DNA of 64,000 nucleotides from Eledone cirrhosa (Eukaryota), in the NCBI GenBank assembly GCA_964016885.1, contig OZ024741.1:314526001-314590000 (forward strand), given 5' to 3'. The notes under the pieces were generated by a model, which was not told the DNA's origin, made no database searches, and saw only the letters and a list, made by a program, of their open reading frames with translations. Shown piece by piece: positions 55,741 to 64,000 of the stretch (positions are counted from its first letter, which is position 1; each line of letters begins with the position of its first letter). Both the position numbers and the translations under genes were made by a program.

Positions 55741-58047
55741 ATGGATATGTCGTTAAAAAACATACCTATTCAGGCAAAAAGGGAATATATTCGAAGGGAA
55801 TGATACGAAGGACCAATGATTTTATTCGACGAATCAGATGGAAAACATTCCATTTTGACAAAAGTCGTATAAACCAAACATCGGATCTTAACAAGGATAA
55901 ATTTGGATTTAAATCTTACAAGAACCCACCCTCAAACCCACTGTTTGATGCATTTGAACAAGACCTAATGGATATGATCATGGAGATCAAATTTACAAAA
56001 CGTAAGAACAATAAACTACAGAATGACATCACGGCACTGCTCAATAATCTAAAAAACGCCAATGGAATTATTGTTAGAGCAGACAAAACATCAAACGTAT
56101 ATACCATGGATGTGGACACTTACAATAACTTCATCCGTAAGGAATTGCATAAAAAATACAGGAAAACTAATGAAGCCACACTTAAAAACATCAACAACTC
56201 GGCATGTGATATTGTTAAAAAACTTTGTATTGACGATAGAACGCAACCCTTAACACCAGCTATACCATCCTTCAACCTGAAGGACCACAAGGTAAACTTC
56301 GATACTAACCCTAATATTAGAATTATATGCCCCTCTAAATCTGATATAGGTAAAATTAGCAAATATATACTAGACAGAATTATCCCCCAAGTTAAGGTTA
56401 AAGTAGAGATTAAACTATGGGGTAACACTCATGAAGCAATAAGATGGTTTAACAACATTACTGATAAGAAAAAATCAAAATTTATTCAGTTTGATATTGA
56501 TGAATATTATTCCTCAATTTCACCTGATACTCTACATGAAGCTCTTTCGTTCGCTAAGGATAATTCCGACCTTACGGATGCTGAAATTAAAATTATTATG
56601 GAAGCGAGAAAAACTATAGTTAAATTCGATGATAGCTACTGGGTTCGCAAAGATAGACCTTTTAATGTTGATATCACTATGGGTTCTAATGATTCGGCGG
56701 AAGTAACAGATCTTGTGGGAATTTATATCACCCACAGATTACAAGGAAAATTCAAGGATCTCCACGGTGGAATTTACCGTGACGATGCGCTCCTATTAGT
56801 TAAGCATATGAATAACCAGAATTTAGAAAGGATGCGTAAAAATATCAGAAAACTTTTTAAAGAACTACGATTAAATATTACATTTGAATATAACCTCAAA
56901 GAGGTCAATTTCCTTGATGTTACTTTCAATCTCAATACAGATACGATTAAACCGTTCCATAAACTAAATGAGAACCTTAAATATGTAAATACGAGTTCTA
57001 ACCATCCACTCTCTATAATTAAATCCATCCCTAGAAATGTTTCTCTTAGAATCTCCCGCCTATCGTCCAACCAACAAACCTTCAAAGAACATGCCGAGTA
57101 TTATGATGATGCACTTAGGAAAGCCGGTCACCTAGATAATATAGAGTATATAGTCAATGATCACCAAAACACCCAAAATAAATCACATAGGAGTAGAAAT
57201 AGCACAGAATCACCACCATACATACACTACCGCAATAGACACAATAATAGTCGCACACCACCAAACAGAAGGCGATGTAAGGAGTATATCTGGTACAACC
57301 CGGTCTATAACAAATCTATTAAAACCAATCTACCCTCAAAATTCTTTCGATTAGTTAGAAAACACTTTCCAACATCACATAAATATAATAAAATCTTAAA
57401 CCCTAACACTATTCGACTTTCATATTCAACCGCCCCTAATATTGAACAACATATAAAAAAGCTTAACGCAAAACGGTTGTATAAACGCCTTCCAACACAT
57501 AACAATACACGTAAAACATTAGCTATAACATCACAAAACAACAAACAACATCCTGTCCTACATAAGCAACCTCATCAACCCATCCATGGCAATACAACAA
57601 CGCAAAATTGTAATTGCAACTGTGTCCAACCAGGAATGTGTCCGTTGAACAATCAGTGTCTTGAACGCAACATCGTATACAAATGTACTATCGAATCGGA
57701 TAGACAGAAGTGGTACTATGTGGGATCTACAGCCACCTCCGTCAAATCACGCCTTTATAGACATCGTTATTCGATAAAACATGAAAACCAGCGTTATCTA
57801 ACAACACTCGCAGACAAGGCTTGGCAGCTGCGTGAAAATAACCAACAATTTCACCTAAAATGGGATATAATAGCGATGCTCCCCCATATATTCCAATGGA
57901 CAGGAATTTTGTAAATTATGTAATGTAGAATTATTTTGTATTATGAAATCCAAAAACATTTTATTAAATAACAGAATAGAGCGATCGTTATACTGTAACC
58001 ATCGCTTAAAATCTACATTTTCATATTATAAATACTACCAGGATTGA
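55741..58047 (+). pseudogene. PLE polyprotein (RT + CxCx5Cx5C linker + GIY-YIG endonuclease), ~768 aa when two frameshifts are corrected
   Basis: Main open frame ~55795-57914 has FIQFDIDEYYSSI, ITMGSNDSAEVTDLVG, GGIYRDDALL, VNFLDVTFNL, YVNTSSNHP, CNCVQPGMCPLNNQC, NIVYKC..YYVGST..KSRLYRH. N-terminal MDMSLKNIPIQAKREYIR (from 55741) and C-terminal IYSNGQEFCKLCNVE..LLNNRIE..CNH..QD* (to 58047) lie in another frame. The track start at 55656 is spurious read-in from the flank. Confidence 0.85.
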
Positions 58048-58794
58048 ACGCCTGTCTCTATCCCCGTTTGATTGTCAAAATAGATATGAACATTCTTTAT
58101 TAGTCTTAATTCTATCAACTCTTCTATTATTTACCTTTTAATACAAACTGCTATAGATAAAATGAGATTTCTGATTTTTTGATTCAATTCCCTAGTGCAT
58201 ATACCAGCTGGCTACTAGCATTGATGTTATTTAGTAGCAATCGAAATCTCCCCCTTCCCCAATTGACACTTTATAATTAATACTACTGCACCAAATGACC
58301 AGCCCTGTCCACTGTCCAGTTGGTCAAGTAGAGATTAAAATTGGCACTCCCAAAATTCTTATTTAGATTTACTCATGGTATTCTCATTAAAAACCCATTA
58401 TATACTTGTTTAGCAGTAAATTATTTTACCATCTGTCATATTCTATCCCCTCTGTTCCTTCCTCTTTTACTAATATAAATACTTCAATTTTTCTGATTTT
58501 ATCCAGTTTATCCAAAATCTCTGAAGAAGTGACAACTGATTATACATTTGCTATCGAATACTTGCTAACATTATATGATTACGCAAGCAGCGATACATAG
58601 GTATTCGGTCTGTTAGAGAAACATATGTCAATACCTAATAAATTCTTTTTTTAACAAAAGCACTTTCATTTTATATTCATCCTTTCTACATTTCTCCGGA
58701 ATATAATTTATACTCGTTGAGCAAACCTGCACGTACGCTGTTCATCTCTAACGTAACGATATATTATCACTACATTATAGATAACCTGAAATTT
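55741..58794 (+). mobile_element. Penelope-like retroelement (C-terminal EN+, Hydra-clade type) inserted in a (TA)n tract of unit 8
   Basis: Absent from the homologous site in units 1-7 (cattc(AT)n aatgaaggtgtg, e.g. 48815-48910); flanked on both sides by TA repeats; carries an RT + GIY-YIG ORF followed by ~750 bp of non-coding 3' sequence. Confidence 0.92.
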
Positions 58795-58898
58795 TATATA
58801 TATATATATATATATAATGAAGGTGTGATAAGATACCAAGCGGAGTTCTGTTCTAGCTGTCAAAGTGAGCGGTGCTCAGACGTCGTTCCCCTAACACT

Positions 58899-58953
<55 letters not shown>

Positions 58954-61007
58954 CAGATTCAAGACCCCTGACGGCTGAGCTCCACCAGGGGAGAATGGGA
59001 CCCTGTCAAGATGTTCTCCCTATCTTAAAAATCTAGATACAATGGCTTACACTTTGCTATGTACCTCTCAAGCAGTCGTCGCACTATAAATGGAGAATCA
59101 ATGGCACTCTTCTTCTTCTTCTTCTTCTTCTTGCTAAAATGGTAGTGGGTGGGGGAACCATTCCTTCCAGTGGGTTTGTCAGAAGCAACCGTCTCCAAAT
59201 AATCCGGCTGGATCTCTAATCTAGACCAGATCTGCTCATGGATGTTATGCAACCATCTTGCACGGTCTCTCTCGCTGGGCTTCCTTCCGGGTGCGTTTAC
59301 CCGTAAAATCTTTGTATCGATTTTTTCCCGAGACATTTTAAACGCATGGATATAGTATCGTATCTGTAATCTCTCAATTCGGAGAAGAAGCGACACTCCC
59401 TGGAAGGAAACCAGATCTCCAAGCTACGTACCCTACTGAGTAACGTTACTGAAAATACCCTTTGGAGGAACCCTATTTCTGACGCTTGTATTCACGATCT
59501 TATTCGTTTGATCATTTCCCAAGATTCATGACCATAATGCGTGTGTACACGAATACCGTACTGAAGATAACCAGTTTGGATTTTTCACCTACATCCCTTC
59601 TTCCGCATTACAGGACCAGCTCCTGCAATTCTTGCGCACTTAATTCAGCCCCATGCTTTAATTTTTCCACCTGTTTAAGTGGAACTCCATTCATATATAG
59701 ATTGCACGGCACAAGGATGCCTTGAGACGACGAGTGTCTCAGTTTTCGCAGCATTGATTTTCACTCCAGCCATCCAGAACTCGACATCAAACCTACAGAG
59801 TGCAATTCGGTGATTTTCTTCTTCGGAGTTAAGGAATACCGCGTCGTCTGAAAATTCTAGCCGACTGATTTTACACTTGCCAGTCATGATACAACTTCTA
59901 GCCCGACTGCCCATGTCAATCATTTTCATATAAATAATGAACACGATAGATGAAAAACGCACTCCCAGATTGATGGTTTCCATTTAGCACCATTTATCCA
60001 GTGGTAGCATAAATTCAAACGTCATCTTATCTACTTTGATTATCTCTCGAATTAATCATGCTATAACATTTTCAACAAATTTCATAACATGGTCCATCAA
60101 CTTGATACTTCCGTACTTATTTTCTCTAGTGCATCTTCATATTCCTTGTAGACGATGACGATAACTTTGCTGTTCCAGTCATTGGGTATGGCACCTTTCT
60201 TGTACTACTTGATTAACTATATGTCCGAGTAGCACATATCCTACAATGCCAGGTGCTTTTAGCCTCTCAACAAATATACCAGATGGTCCGGTGGCCTTCT
60301 CTAGATTCATGTCCCTAATTGATTTATCTATCTCATTGCTGTCAACTTCTTAGCTGATCCCTTAGTGAGATATACATGTGGTAAGCCCTTACTGACCCAT
60401 TTATTCTCTTCGTTCAGTAGTCTCTCATAGTAAGTACTTCTTTTCGGTATAAGACAAGGTGGGTGTTCCACTACCATTTCGACCATTTCACGACTTTCTC
60501 TGGCACACTCTCTTGCAATCCTTTATACATCCTTCAACTGATCTTCGCGACGAAGAACATGAGAAACTGTTTTTCTCCCTCTGCCCTTGCTAGGTATACC
60601 TAATTAACCCTAGTTAAGGAGATGATGGAAGTAAGGGTGGGTAGGAAGACTTGACAAAAGAAAGACAGGCGTCAAGCTCTTCATGTTAGAAAGAAGTGGC
60701 GCAGATAGAATACTCAATGTAACGGCCGTATAACTCAGTGGTAGGTGGAGTATACTGAGAGAAAATTTGATCTTCGTCGTAGGTGACGAACAAGTCGGCG
60801 TATTTCGTGCACATACAATTTACCATGGCTATCCCAGTAATTTGTCGGTAATACTTCCTCAAAATTGTTGAGGTTGAGAACAACTGATTCTTTTATCACC
60901 ACTTTAATCTTATAATTATTGATATGGTATATATAATTGATATCTCATTTATAACTGTATTTAATTAATGGTATATTCAACATTGTCATGTATATTGATA
61001 TTTTCAG

Positions 61008-61142
61008 AATGCCCAGCAGGAAAGTATGGTGTGTCTTGTCGGTTGACATGCCATTGTTTCAACAACACTAAGTGTGAACAAGTAACTGGAAACTGTCCAA
61101 CTGGATGTGCTGCAGGTTTTATGGGTAGCAGCTGCGACGAAG
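61008..61142 (+). CDS. Internal coding exon, EGF-like module copy 9
   Basis: AG/GT bounded, 135 bp, phase 1-1; [44 protein letters not shown]. Confidence 0.9.
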
Positions 61143-61168
61143 GTATTTCTTAAAGATACTACGTATTT

Positions 61169-61205
<37 letters not shown>

Positions 61206-63853
61206 CATATATATATATATATATATAATTGTTTCTACTTTAGGCACAAGGCCAACAATTACCCAGTGCATTATTGGTACTTTATTTTATAGACCCCGTA
61301 AGGATGAAAGGCAAAGACAACCTCGGCGGGATATGAACTCAGATCGTAAAGAGACGTAACTATGCTGGAAAGCATGGCATCCGACCCTCTACCGATACTG
61401 CTAATATATATAATTGCTTCTTCTTTTGGCACAAGGCCAGCAATTATCCAGTGCATTACTGGTACTTTATTTTATCGACCCCGTAAGGATGAAAGGCAAA
61501 GTCAACCTCGGCGGGATTTGAACTCAGACCGTAAAGGGACGTAACTATGCTGGAAAGCATGGCGTCCGACCCTCTACCGATACTGCCAATCCATCGCCTT
61601 TCTGCCAATCCACTGCTAATATATATAATAACTACTAAATAGGGAGATGTTTAAATTATAGTAACAAGTTTTGAAAGGGGATCAATATTACAGATAAATT
61701 ATCCATTTATTGAACGTACAGTAGAACGGAGGGTAAATTACAGTATGAAATGTCGTAATTAGGCAAATTATTAGTTAATATCTTCTTCTATCATATGAAT
61801 CAAAATAAAACAAAAGGTTCTTCATCCTCAGTCTATACTGATTAATGTTCAGAGCGATCCTTAGCATTCTCGTGTAGCGCCCATCCACCATCTGAGTAGG
61901 TTTCTTGGTGAATGTCCCAGTTTCAGACCCATACAGCAGCACAGACTCCCCTACAGCAATGAAGAGACTTCCACACCGATCTGTGGCACGCCGCCCACGC
62001 TTTTCTCTTCCTCTCGATCACATCATCTTCTGTATTCCCAGTCTTTGCTCCCAGATACAGGACGTCCTCAACTAATTCTAGCGGCTTCCCGCCTATAATA
62101 GTAATCTTTTCTGGCTTCTTAATATTCTCTACCATATACTTCATCTTAATCTCATTTATTCAAAGCCCCATATTTATCGATACAGTCTCCACCTCCTGCA
62201 TCAAATCCTCTGCCTCCTTCACTGTGTTTGTCACCAGAACTATGTCATCGACAAATTCAGCATCCGATATCTTTTTCGCCTTAACTCTGCTCTTCTGACC
62301 CAATGTTACAGTAAAAAGCAAGTGAGCTAATCCGGAGGAGACAAAAGTGAGTAGTTATGCAGACTTCTTCTAGCCAGTATAGAAAAGGTTAATGTGCTCA
62401 ATGCGAACCATGCGATTAAATGTAATGAGAGATAGCTTAACAATTGTATAATAAGCAGAGTAAAAACCGTTTTTAAAATGCTGGAGGGAATAACAAAGAT
62501 TTATGAATACATGTATATATTTAATGGCTGACAAGCATGGCAGTGTAAAAACCTCATAACAGCCATTTTGTGTGGCTGCTATCACTTCCTTTCACTTCCA
62601 ACCTTTTACTAACAATATTCCACATTTAAAGAAGTTTTTTCACTTCGGTGATATAATTCAATTTATGAATTAATATGATATGAAGAATATTTTTGTAGGC
62701 TCTGATGGCTCTAGCTCCCACATTTTGAAACCGATTTCGTTCAAATTTTGTAGCAAAATAGAATTTATCATTGCACATCCTGTAATGGCGTAATACTTTG
62801 CATTTTTTGTTCAGGGACGACGTGGCAGCCGCTTATATTTTCAAAATATACAACTTTTAGACTCAAATTTCCACTTTTTCGGTGGGTACTGCAGCTAGTA
62901 TATATATAAATTTACAGTATCGTGAGAGAGGATAGAGAGATGAGGTAAAAGGAAACAATACAGAGGATTATTTGCCAAAAGCGGGTGCAAATGTGCTCGA
63001 TGCTTAGGCAAGCAAGGTTAAACATTAGAGGCGTTAATATTTAGTGTACGAAGTTAAGCAGAGCATTTATAATCGAAAATATTAATGAAACAGAAGCAAG
63101 CCGTTAAAACACATTTATAAATAACCTAAAAACATTTGTATTAACATCATTATTTTAATTTTTATTTGTATTTAAATCATTTATTATCTTATGTATTTGT
63201 ATTTCTCCACTTAAACATATTTTATGTGGATCATTTTATCCTATAATATAATACATCTCGAACTAGCTATTTTACATAGTAATGTATATTCGTCCGTATG
63301 TTTATTTTATTTTCTTTCTTCTTCATATCCCCATATTCATGATTAATTTCTATCCCCTTCTGCCTCCTCATCCCTCTTAATCTTCCTCTATTTCTTCTCA
63401 TCTTCCTTACTTATCCTTCCTCTTTGCCTATGCTATATCCCCACCCCTTTTATCTTTCTATATATATCTTTATTATTATTAATATTATATTTATTTTGAT
63501 GTGATAGTTTGATTTCATAACTTTGCCGGTTATACATTTAACTATATCTTCGTTCCTTCTTTCGTCATTTTCTTTCTTTCTCTCTCATTTCCATCTGTAC
63601 GCCTTCCTTTATTTATTTATCATTAATACTATTATTGATGTAGAAATTTGAATTTTCAAGTTTACCGTTACGCATATATTTTATATTAGTTAATAGTTTC
63701 TGATGAAATGATTGAATTTAGATGTATGGTAAATTAAGTTATACTGTCTCCAGTATTTAGCAATTTATAGACAATTCTATCATGGAAACAATTGTAAGAC
63801 TATAAATAAATATCCATGTTTGTACTGTCAACCATGTTATTCTTAACTTTTTT

Positions 63854-63904
<51 letters not shown>

Positions 63905-64000
63905 TGAAAAGTGTAATTTACTACACAAAACGAAGGTTATAGAGAAAATTGAGGTTCGTAATGGCACATGGAATATATGAGACAGAATACTTTTTTGTGA

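Noticed and set aside
55801-55803. TGA read-through or selenocysteine as in Naiad PLEs
   Set aside because: Homology continues in a different frame, so a frameshift is needed rather than recoding; the nuclease here is C-terminal, unlike Naiads.

Overview
AT-rich animal genomic DNA. The tRNA-headed SINE and RTE LINE relics resemble repeats I recognise from octopod/coleoid molluscs, but the organism is an inference. Almost the whole window (~301-63904) is a head-to-tail array of nine ~5.7-7.4 kb units (unit 8 is ~9.9 kb because of an insertion; unit 9 is incomplete). Each unit carries exactly one intact 135-bp, phase 1-1, + strand exon encoding a 45-aa, 8-cysteine EGF-like module of the MEGF10/Draper/CED-1/SCARF type. 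The window is therefore best read as the interior of one large multi-EGF gene whose domain number grew by recent duplication of whole exon+intron blocks. The rest of each unit is intron: nested decayed retroelements (three RTE-type LINE pieces, two Penelope-like RT relics, a tRNA-derived SINE in 1-3 copies, a tRNA-like element with inverted and direct repeats) separated by (TA)n tracts. Unit-specific insertions into (TA)n are a near-intact ~3.05 kb Penelope-like retroelement of the Hydra type (RT plus C-terminal GIY-YIG, two frameshifts) at 55741-58794 and a 51-bp-arm hairpin insert at 8338-8526. No start, stop or other exon of the host gene is visible. Most ORFs in the track are microsatellite or transposon artefacts.
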